NCBI GenBank assembly: GCA_964506115.1
Contig: CAZDKI010000003.1
Location: 40,627 to 104,626, forward strand
Source: an uncultured Candidatus Peribacteria bacterium
Lineage (GTDB): Bacteria > Patescibacteriota > Gracilibacteria > RBG-16-42-10
DNA length: 64,000 nucleotides
Direction: 5' to 3'
Shown: positions 26,572 through 37,671 of the stretch, one piece after another
Numbering within the stretch: the first letter of the stretch is position 1
Layout: each line of letters starts with the position of its first letter
The notes under the pieces: model-generated
Databases searched by the model: none
What the model was told of the DNA's origin: nothing
Seen by the model: only the letters and a program-made list of their open reading frames with translations
Position numbers and translations under genes: made by a program

Positions 26572-27378
26572 ATGAAAACCGTACTGATTACTGGTAGCTC
26601 CAGTGGTATTGGCAAAGCCACAGCTAAACTCTTTCAAGCTCAAGGATGGAAAGTAATTGCGACTATGCGTAAACCAGACCAAGAAAAAGAACTGCAAAAA
26701 CTAGCTAATGTTCACTGCGTGGCCTTAGATGTCACTCAATTGAGCACTATTCACTCAGTCGTTGACCAAATCACCACCGAACATGGTCATATAGACGTAT
26801 TAGTGAACAATGCTGGGTATGGTTTAATTGGAGCGCTAGAATGTGCCACTCAAACGCAAATAGAAAATCAAATTACCACCAATATCACAGGATTAATGGT
26901 TCTTAGTCAAAAACTTATCAGTCATTTTCGCCAAAACGGTAAAGGCACTATCGTAAATATTTCTTCAGTTGGAGGGAAGCTGACATTTCCATTTTACAGC
27001 AGTTACCATGCAACCAAATGGGCTGTTGAAGGCTTAAGCGAATCATTACAATTTGAGCTGCAACCACTCAATATTAAAGTCAAAATTGTAGAACCAGGTG
27101 TAGTCAATACAAATTTCTTTAGCCGTTCACTCCAAATAACTGATATGGAGTCTATTCCAGTATATAAACAGCTTTATCAAAAAGCAGAAGGTAAAATGGA
27201 TGTTGGTACAGGTAGTAGTCCGGACCATATTGCTAAAGTAATTTTCCAAGCGGCAACATCTACCAGTAATAGATTGCGTTACAAAGCAGGAAAAGATGCA
27301 AAAACACTGATTTGGTTACGAAAGGTAGTGGGAGAGAATATATTTCAGTGGATAATGAAAAAGTTCATTGTTGGGTAA
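26572..27378 (+). CDS. SDR family oxidoreductase
   Basis: 268 aa. TGSSSGIGKA (TGxxxGxG), NNAG, and YSSYHATKWAVEG (YxxxK). Confidence 0.85.
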   Translation: MKTVLITGSSSGIGKATAKLFQAQGWKVIATMRKPDQEKELQKLANVHCVALDVTQLSTIHSVVDQITTEHGHIDVLVNNAGYGLIGALECATQTQIENQITTNITGLMVLSQKLISHFRQNGKGTIVNISSVGGKLTFPFYSSYHATKWAVEGLSESLQFELQPLNIKVKIVEPGVVNTNFFSRSLQITDMESIPVYKQLYQKAEGKMDVGTGSSPDHIAKVIFQAATSTSNRLRYKAGKDAKTLIWLRKVVGENIFQWIMKKFIVG

Positions 27379-27392
27379 GCGGTGAGTTGGCC

Positions 27393-27549
27393 GGATCCTT
27401 CGACGTCGCTACGCTTTGCTCAGGATGAATTAAAAATTCTGCCAAACATAGCGTCGGCAAGGTCCCTCCCCTTCGACAAACTCGGGGTCAAAATAACACC
27501 CAAATCAGAGTAACTCTCAACTTTCAACTCTCCACTCACAACTAGAATT
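27393..27549 (+). repeat. intergenic mosaic repeat, copy A
   Basis: GATCCTTCGACGTCGCTACGCTTTGCTCAGGATGAATTAAAAATTC-TGCCAAACATAGCGTCGGCA... aligns at about 75% by eye with 30214-30330. The 3' end carries the TTTCAACTCTCCACTC module shared with 61951-61991. Confidence 0.65.
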
Positions 27550-27601
27550 TGCAGTTTATCTTCACATACATTAGTATGCCATCGCTTATTTTTGAGAAAA
27601 T

Positions 27602-28282
27602 ATGGGTAATACAATTTCACTCGCGTCAAAGGCACGCACCACTTTTGGTAAGAATGTTAAACGCCTCAGAGCTCAGGGCATCATCCCTGGTGTAGTCTAT
27701 GGTCATGGTAGCAATACCGATCATATCGAAATCAATGCCAAGGAATTCAATCGTGTATACCGCGAAGCTGGTACCAACACCATTGTTGATCTTGAGGTAG
27801 AGGGTAAGGTAGTCAAGACCATTATCTACAATGTAGACTTTGATCCTACTAGCGATGCTCCTCGTCATGCTGACTTCTATAAAGTACGTATGAATGAAAA
27901 ACTTACTACTATGGTACCTCTCAACTTTATTGGTGAGTCACCAGCTGTAAGAACACTCTCAGCTATCGTAGTGCATGGAAAAGAAGATGTAGAGGTAAGC
28001 TGTCTCCCTGGAGATATGCCTCATGCTCTCGATGTCGATCTCAATCGTCTTGTAGAAATTGATGACATGTTCAAAGCTTCTGACTTGGTAATGCCTGCTA
28101 ATGTAGAGCTCAAAGAAGAGGGCGATACTATGCTCGCTCAAGCAATTCTTCCTCGTGAAATGAAGATTGATACCACTCCTGTGGCTGCTGCCGGTGTAGT
28201 AGGTGAAGAAGGTGCTCCAGCTGCTGAAGGTGCTGCTGCCGAAAGTGGTGAAGCTAGCGCTGAAGCAAAGAAAGAAGAATAA
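27602..28282 (+). CDS. rplY: 50S ribosomal protein L25 / general stress protein Ctc form
   Basis: 226 aa. RAQGIIPGVVYGHG ... NTIVDLEVEGK ... DFDPTSDAPRHADFYKV. Acidic and Ala-rich C-terminal tail typical of Ctc-type L25. Confidence 0.85.
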   Translation: MGNTISLASKARTTFGKNVKRLRAQGIIPGVVYGHGSNTDHIEINAKEFNRVYREAGTNTIVDLEVEGKVVKTIIYNVDFDPTSDAPRHADFYKVRMNEKLTTMVPLNFIGESPAVRTLSAIVVHGKEDVEVSCLPGDMPHALDVDLNRLVEIDDMFKASDLVMPANVELKEEGDTMLAQAILPREMKIDTTPVAAAGVVGEEGAPAAEGAAAESGEASAEAKKEE

Positions 28283-28305
28283 TTTAGTTTTTTAACTCTA
28301 CGATT

Positions 28306-28590
28306 ATGGCTGACCAAAACGCTCAATCACAGAATCAAAACCAGAATGTCATCAATGTCCAAATCAAAGATGAACAACAAGCTGGCGTCTATGCTAATGC
28401 TGCTTCAGTAAGCGTCAAAGAAAATGATGTATTGATCGACTTTGGTTTCATTTTACCAGGAGTAAATCCTACTACTATCAAAGTACAAGCTCGAGTAAAC
28501 ATGAGTCACGTTACTGCCGAGCAATTCCTCGGAGTATTCCAAAATGCTTTGTTAGACTTCCGTAATCGCAACAAAGAAGAGAAAAACTAA
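28306..28590 (+). CDS. DUF3467-like protein
   Basis: 94 aa. GVYANAASVSVKENDVLIDFGFILPG ... MSHVTAEQFLGVFQNAL resembles DUF3467. Confidence 0.55.
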   Translation: MADQNAQSQNQNQNVINVQIKDEQQAGVYANAASVSVKENDVLIDFGFILPGVNPTTIKVQARVNMSHVTAEQFLGVFQNALLDFRNRNKEEKN

Positions 28591-28612
28591 AGTTACTTTA
28601 ATTAGTAGATCG

Positions 28613-28646
28613 AAGCAGTATTTCTTAAAGAAGTACTGCTTTTTTT
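28613..28646 (+). terminator. intrinsic terminator
   Basis: AAGCAGTA (28613-28620) pairs with TACTGCTT (28634-28641), extended by TTTC/GAAG. Followed by a T run to 28646. Confidence 0.7.
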
Positions 28647-28817
28647 ATATCCAACTTTCAGAATAATTAGTTTTAAACATATAGCCATTTCTACAGCATT
28701 TGCAAGACGAGTTAAATGTTCAAATCAAAGAATAATAGCCAATCTATAACACTTGAAAATTATTTTGCCTGGATTAGCTCTTTCTAGTACACTCGAAATG
28801 ATTTTCATTCAGAACTT

Positions 28818-30194
28818 ATGACTCCTTCACTCGATGATATTGTATCTCTGTGTAAACGCAGAGGCTTTGTTTTCCCTTCATCAGAAATCTACGGTGGCTT
28901 CGCTGCTGTTTATGATTACGGTCCCTATGGTGTGGAGCTAGCTAACGCGATCAAGGCATTGTGGTGGAAGAATATGGTCCAAATGCGCGATGATATCGTC
29001 GGTTTAGACTCCAGTATTTTCATGCATCCTAAAATTTGGGAGGCCAGTGGTCACGTAAAAGGATTCTCTGATCCATTAGCTGAATGCAAAAATTGTCATA
29101 CCCGATCTCGTGTCGACCATTTATTAGAAGAAATCAATGTTGCAGCTGACGAGAAAATGAGTGAAGAACAAATCAATGAGCTGTTCAAAGCAAATATGGC
29201 AAAAATTAAATGCCCTAAATGTGGTAAGAGTACTTTCACTGATGTCCGAAGTTTCAATCTGTTAGTTCAAAGTAACCTTGGCAACTTCACTGGTGACTGG
29301 ACTAAAGAGCCAACCTATTTACGAGGGGAAACTTGTCAGGGGATCTATGTAAACTATAAAAATGTCTTGGACAGTGCACGCGTCCGAGTCCCTTTTGGTA
29401 TTGCCCAAATTGGCAAAGCATTCCGCAATGAAATCACTGCTCGCCAGTTTATTTTCCGCAAGCGTGAATTTGAACAAATGGAAATGCAGTACTTTGTACA
29501 TCCAAACGAAGCAATGACTGAATACGAAAAATTGAAACAGTACCGTTGGGATTTTTATATAAGCATGGGCATCAAGGCTGAGAATCTGCAATGGCATAAG
29601 CATGAAAACTTAGTGTTTTATGCCAAAGAAGCTTACGACATTGAATACAATTTCCCATTTGGCTTCAAAGAGCTAGAGGGTATCCATGCCCGTAGTGATT
29701 ATGACCTTACCCAACATAGTAAGGGATCCGGCAAAGATCTCAGTTACATTGATCCTATTACCCAAGAGCGATACGTACCACATATCATTGAATCATCAGT
29801 GGGTGTAGAGAGAACATTCTTGATGGTGCTCAGTGATGCTTATCATGAAGAAGAGGTGAATGGTGAAAAACGTATTGTCCTAAAACTCAATCCACGCCTG
29901 AGTCCAATAAAAGTAGCAGTATTGCCATTATCTAAAAAAGAACCAATCCTCAAGTACTCTGAACCATTAGCAAAAGAACTACGTCAGAATTATCGTATTG
30001 AGTATGATGAAACCCAATCAATAGGAAAACGCTATCGTCGCCAAGATGAGATCGGAACTCCTTACTGTATTACTATCGACTTCGAAACCGAAAACGACCA
30101 AAAAGTCACTATTCGCGAACGTGATAGCATGGTTCAAGAACGAATAGCGTTAGATCAAGTTGCTAATTACCTTAGAGATAAACTAGGATTCTAA
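28818..30194 (+). CDS. glyQS: glycine--tRNA ligase (homodimeric class II type)
   Basis: 458 aa. CKRRGFVFPSSEIYGG ... YDYGPYGVELANAIK ... IWEASGHV ... FRNEITARQFIFRKREFEQME ... IESSVGVER. Confidence 0.92.
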   Translation: MTPSLDDIVSLCKRRGFVFPSSEIYGGFAAVYDYGPYGVELANAIKALWWKNMVQMRDDIVGLDSSIFMHPKIWEASGHVKGFSDPLAECKNCHTRSRVDHLLEEINVAADEKMSEEQINELFKANMAKIKCPKCGKSTFTDVRSFNLLVQSNLGNFTGDWTKEPTYLRGETCQGIYVNYKNVLDSARVRVPFGIAQIGKAFRNEITARQFIFRKREFEQMEMQYFVHPNEAMTEYEKLKQYRWDFYISMGIKAENLQWHKHENLVFYAKEAYDIEYNFPFGFKELEGIHARSDYDLTQHSKGSGKDLSYIDPITQERYVPHIIESSVGVERTFLMVLSDAYHEEEVNGEKRIVLKLNPRLSPIKVAVLPLSKKEPILKYSEPLAKELRQNYRIEYDETQSIGKRYRRQDEIGTPYCITIDFETENDQKVTIRERDSMVQERIALDQVANYLRDKLGF

Positions 30195-30213
30195 AGAGCT
30201 ATAAGTCGACCAA

Positions 30214-30375
30214 GATCCTTCAGCTCCACTACGTTTCGTTCAGGATGAATTATTAATTCGACTCCTGCCAAATACAGTGTCGGCAGGATCCTTCACCCCG
30301 CGGGTGCGGGGATCAGGATGACTCCAGTAAGCTATAACTCTGCATTACAATTCGCACTTCGCAATTATGAATTCT
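30214..30375 (+). repeat. intergenic mosaic repeat, copy B
   Basis: Contains two GATCCTTC-N18-TCAGGATGA units (30214-30248 and 30288-30321). The second encloses the hairpin CCCCGC-GGGT-GCGGGG. There is also a CCTGCC-N12-GGCAGG hairpin and a 3' part whose reverse complement aligns with 61751-61825. Confidence 0.65.
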
Positions 30376-32322
<1,947 letters not shown>

Positions 32323-32467
32323 CTATTTAGACGAACGAAATCTATCACAAAAGAACCTAAAAGAGAACCTGTTTTAAGACCAAATTTGCTTCTTCTAAGA
32401 GCCAATACTGCTCCAGTCATTGACTTAGTTACATTTCAGCGGATAATATCCAGTCATTAGCTTAATT

Positions 32468-33079
32468 ATGAAAGATAACTTACGCGAAGAAGATAGAGAA
32501 ATTAGAGATATAGTTATTGTAAGAAATATTCCTCAGGAAGAAACTTATATTACTCCTAAAAGTGTACATAAACGATTACAAGATTGGGAGGAAGCAGTAC
32601 GAACAGTAAGCCGAATAGATCTTGTAGCAGCTGTTACTGACGGTGTGCTTTTTGGCTATTTGCTGCATTTAGCAGATGCACCCACTACAAACTATTTTCA
32701 AAAAATATTAGCAGGTTGGTTAATTATTAGTCGAGTTATTGTGGCATCAGTATTTCAAGTCCAGATGAGAAAGATGGAAGAACAAGTACATAATCAAATA
32801 TGCAAAAATGGGCCAACTTTCAGCCATCCCTCTGCAACAATCGAACTACTCAGCCTAGTTACTGCAGCACTATTTATTTCTAACACTGGATTGCTCAATC
32901 AGATAAAATCAATAGGCCATATTATTCAACCTATTGAGTTCTTAGAACTTATGATAATAATCTTCAGAATGCTCAGTAGACTTATTCTCGATGAGCAAGC
33001 CCTTAAAATTGTCAGCGACTATAAAGAGGCCCTAAATCGCGACGATGCTTTACCCCAACAAATGGTACCTAAAAGCTAG
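32468..33079 (+). CDS. hypothetical membrane protein
   Basis: 203 aa with a charged N-terminus and about 3-4 hydrophobic segments. No motif recognised. Its 3' end overlaps recO convergently by 30 nt. Confidence 0.4.
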   Translation: MKDNLREEDREIRDIVIVRNIPQEETYITPKSVHKRLQDWEEAVRTVSRIDLVAAVTDGVLFGYLLHLADAPTTNYFQKILAGWLIISRVIVASVFQVQMRKMEEQVHNQICKNGPTFSHPSATIELLSLVTAALFISNTGLLNQIKSIGHIIQPIEFLELMIIIFRMLSRLILDEQALKIVSDYKEALNRDDALPQQMVPKS

Positions 33080-33730
33080 CTCTAAAAAATTTTGCACCTG
33101 TTCAGATTGGGGACTCTCAACTAAAGGTGCATTAGCTAAAGATAAAGAATGTAAGTATTGATAAACTAAGCGATCATCTTCTTTGTGCGCTGAAGAACAA
33201 TGTGAACATAAAAATCCTTCATAATTTTGAGCATGTTCAGCTACTTCTTCCAGGTCCTCTCGACAAGATTGGCATATCTCAGTGGAAATACCAAAACCAG
33301 TTAAAAATAATAGCTTATACAAGAACCATAACCACAAACCCTGCGGATTAGGGTAACGTTCAGCTTGAACTAAAAATTGTTGCAGTAAGAAATAAACTTC
33401 TGGATTCTCATCCTCATCAGATGTTGCTCTAAGTACTGCCTTGGCTGCTCTCTCAGCATACTGCCAATGCGTCAATGAATGGCGCAAATAGGGAAACCAG
33501 GTAACGGTAGTAGCTTGAATTAGAGTAGGTAAGTGAGATTTGCGTGTAATTTCAAATTGACCCTCCACAAAGTGGTCAATGATACCACCATATTTACTAG
33601 TAGCTTTGCGCACACCACGTGCCATGAATTGCACTTTGCCAGCCTCTTTGGTAAAGACCGTAACAATGCGATCAGCCTCAGCATAATTGGTAATTTTGAG
33701 CACAATACCCGTCCAAATTTGTGAATACAT
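33050..33730 (-). CDS. recO: DNA repair protein RecO
   Basis: 226 aa. GIVLKITNYAEADRIVTVFTKEAGKVQFMARGVRK (OB-fold N-terminus). C-terminal CQSC...CSHC zinc motif. Confidence 0.8.
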   Translation of the reverse strand: MYSQIWTGIVLKITNYAEADRIVTVFTKEAGKVQFMARGVRKATSKYGGIIDHFVEGQFEITRKSHLPTLIQATTVTWFPYLRHSLTHWQYAERAAKAVLRATSDEDENPEVYFLLQQFLVQAERYPNPQGLWLWFLYKLLFLTGFGISTEICQSCREDLEEVAEHAQNYEGFLCSHCSSAHKEDDRLVYQYLHSLSLANAPLVESPQSEQVQNFLELAFRYHLLG

Positions 33731-33736
33731 AATAGG

Positions 33737-35377
33737 CTAACTCACCACCTGTTGGTAACATCCTTCACATAAGACAGGTCGTTCTGCTGGATTATACACT
33801 GACTCGATTGCTTTATGACAATTACTACAGGCAATATTTTTGATTTCTTCTACTCGAAAGATAGCCGCTCTTTCATGTAAGCGATTCAGTGGTGCCACAT
33901 GGGGGAGGGGAATATTGTTGTTTCGATAAAAACTCACTTCAAGTTTAATGAATCTGAAGGCTTTGCCACTCATCTCACATGTAAATGATTCACCCACTAT
34001 ACTCTCTGAAACATCCTTAATATTGCTTGGGATTGTTCTAGTTGCTGGAGAGGCCTCTGGGACTTCATCCCTCCAATCAAAACCTTCCTTGATTGCTTGT
34101 TCCTTAGTAAGTGGGAAAATAATAGCAGCATCACTTTGGTTGTAATAAACCTGAGACATTTGCAGTGGTAAATAATCTTGCCACTCGTTTTTCTCACTCA
34201 TTTTCTGTTTAATTGCTGCCACAATGCGCTCGTAATCTTCTTTTGAGTATTGCTTATTGAAGATACAGTACTGTTTCTTTTTGAGTCCAACACAACCAAA
34301 ACAGTCACTACAACCTTGAACACAGTATAAACAAAACTCTAGATTTTTACTGCCAATACATTCAATACAAAACTGTAAATTGTAGTTACCCACACCTGCA
34401 TGAGTATTGTAGAGCAATTCACCAGAAGTGTTATAAGCAGTAGCAAAACAATCCTTACATTTATTGGTACCAATACTATTTTCTACATCCTGTACTTCCA
34501 TGGCATGAAAGACATTATTAGCATTGCTACTATTATGGATATAGTTACCTCTGCAATTTTCATTGCTTTTACCTTGCATAAACTTTCTCGGTTGCTGCTT
34601 TTTAAACTCGTTAAATTTAGCCAATTCACTCATACGAGTTGCATAATCACCTAAATCTATTGCCCCCAAACGCTGCTCGTACTCGTCCTTGGTCAATTGC
34701 TCATTATACCAACAGTATTCTTTATTAGTGAGATTAGTACAGCCATAACAGTGCTTACAACTCTGACAAGACTCCAAGAAATAACTATCAGAACAGTGAT
34801 TGGCACTATCTACATGCTGCACATTGTAGCAGTGATCGATGTCAGTGCAGGCATAACACAGTTCACAGCCTTTAGCAGAAATAGTATCCAGGACATTCTT
34901 GCACTCAAAAATATTCCAACCAAACATACAATCTTCATTGAAGGTATTGGCAAAGGTCAAATAACAGTTTTTCAAGTTAGCACCACCATTCACATACTCA
35001 CTATTGAGAGTAGTAGAGCGAACAATAGTTAAATTAGGTAAAGGTACTTTTTTATAGAGACTCTCTAGCTGAGTCCAGAAAGATCCGCTCAAGTCATACT
35101 CCTGACCATAACTCAAAGGATCCCATTGTTCACTATTCCAAATATCATTGTCATAAATAGTAAAACCTTTGTCTGGAGCAATACAGCTCAAAATCGGCTT
35201 TTTGGTAAAAGCACAAGTGGTATTGTAGAGAAACGTACGATTACGAAAAGCTAGTACTCGCTTCAACCGCTCGTTAGGATGGATTGTAGGTAGTGGATAA
35301 CCACGATCACGACAATAATTAGCTTCACGATCAGTAATTACAAACTTTCTACCAGTTAATTTACAAATAGCATCCAT
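33737..35377 (-). CDS. cysteine-rich repeat protein, paralogue 2 of 3 (function unknown)
   Basis: 546 aa, collinear with paralogues 1 and 3. Its stop lies 6 nt upstream of the recO start on the same strand. Confidence 0.8.
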   Translation of the reverse strand: MDAICKLTGRKFVITDREANYCRDRGYPLPTIHPNERLKRVLAFRNRTFLYNTTCAFTKKPILSCIAPDKGFTIYDNDIWNSEQWDPLSYGQEYDLSGSFWTQLESLYKKVPLPNLTIVRSTTLNSEYVNGGANLKNCYLTFANTFNEDCMFGWNIFECKNVLDTISAKGCELCYACTDIDHCYNVQHVDSANHCSDSYFLESCQSCKHCYGCTNLTNKEYCWYNEQLTKDEYEQRLGAIDLGDYATRMSELAKFNEFKKQQPRKFMQGKSNENCRGNYIHNSSNANNVFHAMEVQDVENSIGTNKCKDCFATAYNTSGELLYNTHAGVGNYNLQFCIECIGSKNLEFCLYCVQGCSDCFGCVGLKKKQYCIFNKQYSKEDYERIVAAIKQKMSEKNEWQDYLPLQMSQVYYNQSDAAIIFPLTKEQAIKEGFDWRDEVPEASPATRTIPSNIKDVSESIVGESFTCEMSGKAFRFIKLEVSFYRNNNIPLPHVAPLNRLHERAAIFRVEEIKNIACSNCHKAIESVYNPAERPVLCEGCYQQVVS

Positions 35378-35519
35378 AGCATGGAGATTACTTAACCTTT
35401 TTATAGAGGAGTTACTAAAAAAAGGAAAGAAAAATCAAGCTAAATTTAGGTGAAGTGTAAGGTTGGTAGTTACAAAAATTGTTACAGTTAAAAATTAACT
35501 CAACGGTTTGAGTTTTCTA

Positions 35520-35629
35520 ATTCCTCTCCTAAATCTCAGTCTAAGTCTTTGGTCTTATCTCGGACAATATTGAAGTGGCAATCTTAGACTGAGACTAAGA
35601 TTGAGACTAAGCATCCCGCATACGCGAGA
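35520..35629 (-). repeat. tRNA-Gln 3' trailer module
   Basis: On the minus strand, CCA is followed by the hairpin CTCGC-GTAT-GCGGG. Next comes CTCAATCTTAGTCTCAGTCTAAGATTGCC, compare tRNA-Arg trailer CTCAATCTTATTCTAAGACTGCT. There is also a 12-bp inverted repeat, TCTCAGTCTAAG at 35534-35545 with CTTAGACTGAGA at 35583-35594. Confidence 0.55.
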
Positions 35630-35703
35630 TGGTTCGGGGATAGGGACTCGAACCCCAACTCACAGCTCCAAAGGCTGTTGTCCTACCATTAGACGATCCC
35701 CGA
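35630..35703 (-). tRNA. tRNA-Gln (anticodon UUG), CCA encoded
   Basis: Reverse complement: TCGGGGA TC GTCT AATGGTA GGAC A ACAGC CTTTGGA GCTGT GAGT TGGGG TTCGAGT CCCTA TCCCCGA A CCA. Confidence 0.9.
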
Positions 35704-35722
35704 TCAGAATAAACACGCGCAT

Positions 35723-35751
35723 TTTATAGCACGCTCTGGGGGATTGAGCAA
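35723..35751 (-). promoter_or_regulatory. putative promoter of tRNA-Gln (TTGCTC-17-TGcTATAAA)
   Basis: On the minus strand, TTGCTC (35751-35746), a 17-nt spacer ending in TGC (extended -10), and TATAAA (35728-35723). Lies 19 nt upstream of the tRNA 5' end. Confidence 0.45.
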
Positions 35752-35832
35752 TCACAATCCTAACCTGGTGATTTAGAATCATTTTCAATAACTAAACTAA
35801 TCGGATATGATCACATTAGTTAATTTTTTACT

Positions 35833-37542
35833 ATGCTCAAACGGTTGCGGATTGTTGGTTTAACGATAGCAATCCTATCTTTACCAATTTCACCAGTAAG
35901 TGCCCACAACTTTCAAGATGTGCGTCATCAAGACTGGTTTGCTTATTATGTAGATCAATTAGAAGACGGGAGGATCATCAATACTGATACAGCTAACTTT
36001 TATCCCAATCGTTCCATCACTCGCGCTGAATTGGCTAAGATGGTAGTAAAATCGGCACAGTACAAAGGCCAACTACCAGTGGCCATGGTAAGTAGTCAAT
36101 CGGTATTTTGTGATGTCCTAGGTGATAATTGGGCACATGAATTCGTCTCCATTTTAGCCAGCAAAGGCGTAAACGGAGTGAGTGACACTAGCTGCAATCT
36201 TGGCAAAAAGTTTTTGCCTAACCAACCAGTGACTAGAGCAGAAGCGCTGAAGATCATGTTTCTGGTCTATGGTGTAGATGTAAATGGCAGTAGTACTTTC
36301 TCTGATGTCAGCCAAAGTAGCTGGTTTAATAGTTATGTTGCCACCGCTGTTAGATTAAGTTTAGTAAATGGTTACCCTGATCGAACCTTTCGTCCTAATG
36401 GCTTACTGACTAGAGCAGAAATGAGTAAAGTGGTAACCAATTTGATGAATCAAACTGACCACCCAGCAACCGCTGCCCCAACGCCCACACCACAACCAAC
36501 TGATACCAGTGCTGATGACAGCTTCACTCTACCAACTATCAATACTCCCCACGGTAACAACCAAGTGAATGTCCGAACCGAAGCGGAACTACGTGAAGCT
36601 ATTGGTAATGCCGAACCTGGAGATGAGATTATTCTCGCAGCAGGAACCTATAGACTCTCCCGTCAATTATGGATAGATAAACAAGGAACGGAAAGCAATC
36701 CGATTATTATTCGTTCTGGAGGTGAGAAGTATAGTGCAAAACTAACAGGATCTTCAGAAGAAGGGATTAATATTGGTGATGGTGCAGCATACTTGGTCAT
36801 CGATGGCTTAGAAGTGTTTGGTATGGGCGATAACAATATCCATGTGCAAAATGCGCACCATATTACTTTGCAAAATATCAAATCATATGATGCGGGACGT
36901 AATGGGGATGTAATCAAAGTAAACCAAGCTCATCACATCACAGTGCAGAACACAGAGTTGGCTCGCTCTGGTGCTCGTCCAGGTTGTCCTAGTGAAAATT
37001 GTTGGCAAGAGTTAATCGACTTCGTGGACACCGATGATAGTGTCATTCGAGATAATGTAATGACCGATTTCGGTAACCTGGCTGGTTATGTAAAAGGCGG
37101 CAGTACCAATGTTCTGATTACAGGCAATACCATCACTGGTCAACGCAGTGGAGCAGGGGATCCGTCATGGGGTATTGGAGGTTGGACAGATAGAGAACTA
37201 CTAAGAGGTCGCCAATACGAAGCCATCAATGTCCGCTTCGAAGATAATATCATCACCAATAGCAGCTATGGTGCATTAGGTATTTATGACGCCAACAATG
37301 TCCAAATTCGCAATAATACCCTCAACAATAACCGTGGGACTTTGATTGAGTTCAAAGCCGGTAATGCACCTAGCGAAGGTAGCGATAATATCACTATTAC
37401 TGCCAACCGTTTTAATAATAATCAATTAGATCCCGATACCTTGTGTGTCATCTCCAGCCACAATGCTTCAGGTATTGCGATCAGCAATAATTCAGGTAAT
37501 ACTACAGCCGCTGTAAGTGCGACAACTTGTGTGACAGACTAA
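35833..37542 (+). CDS. SLH-domain surface protein with right-handed parallel beta-helix (pectate-lyase-fold) domain
   Basis: 569 aa. Signal peptide. Three SLH repeats (FQDVRHQDWFAYYV..., FCDVLGDNWAHEFV..., FSDVSQSSWFNSYV...). P/T linker. PbH1-like repeats: NIHVQNAHHITLQNIKS / VIKVNQAHHITVQNTEL / NVLITGNTITG / NVQIRNNTLNNN. Confidence 0.8.
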   Translation: MLKRLRIVGLTIAILSLPISPVSAHNFQDVRHQDWFAYYVDQLEDGRIINTDTANFYPNRSITRAELAKMVVKSAQYKGQLPVAMVSSQSVFCDVLGDNWAHEFVSILASKGVNGVSDTSCNLGKKFLPNQPVTRAEALKIMFLVYGVDVNGSSTFSDVSQSSWFNSYVATAVRLSLVNGYPDRTFRPNGLLTRAEMSKVVTNLMNQTDHPATAAPTPTPQPTDTSADDSFTLPTINTPHGNNQVNVRTEAELREAIGNAEPGDEIILAAGTYRLSRQLWIDKQGTESNPIIIRSGGEKYSAKLTGSSEEGINIGDGAAYLVIDGLEVFGMGDNNIHVQNAHHITLQNIKSYDAGRNGDVIKVNQAHHITVQNTELARSGARPGCPSENCWQELIDFVDTDDSVIRDNVMTDFGNLAGYVKGGSTNVLITGNTITGQRSGAGDPSWGIGGWTDRELLRGRQYEAINVRFEDNIITNSSYGALGIYDANNVQIRNNTLNNNRGTLIEFKAGNAPSEGSDNITITANRFNNNQLDPDTLCVISSHNASGIAISNNSGNTTAAVSATTCVTD

Positions 37543-37671
37543 AATCAAAGTGCAAAGAGCAGAGATCAAAGAGTGATGTTCATTAATTCAGGCTTTAGGC
37601 CTCAAAATTCAAGCCTCGACTAAATAACAACAATTTTCAATCAAGTTTTAGAACCTAAAATCTCCCTCCCC

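Noticed and set aside
28647-28817. Looked for T-box leaders or other riboswitches upstream of glyQS. I also checked upstream of ileS (44348-44524) and on the alaS side (41481-41556).
   Set aside because: I found no T-box consensus (AATTAGGGTGGTACCGCG-like), no specifier/antiterminator architecture and no recognisable riboswitch core. This was a by-eye check only; a Rfam/Infernal scan would be decisive.
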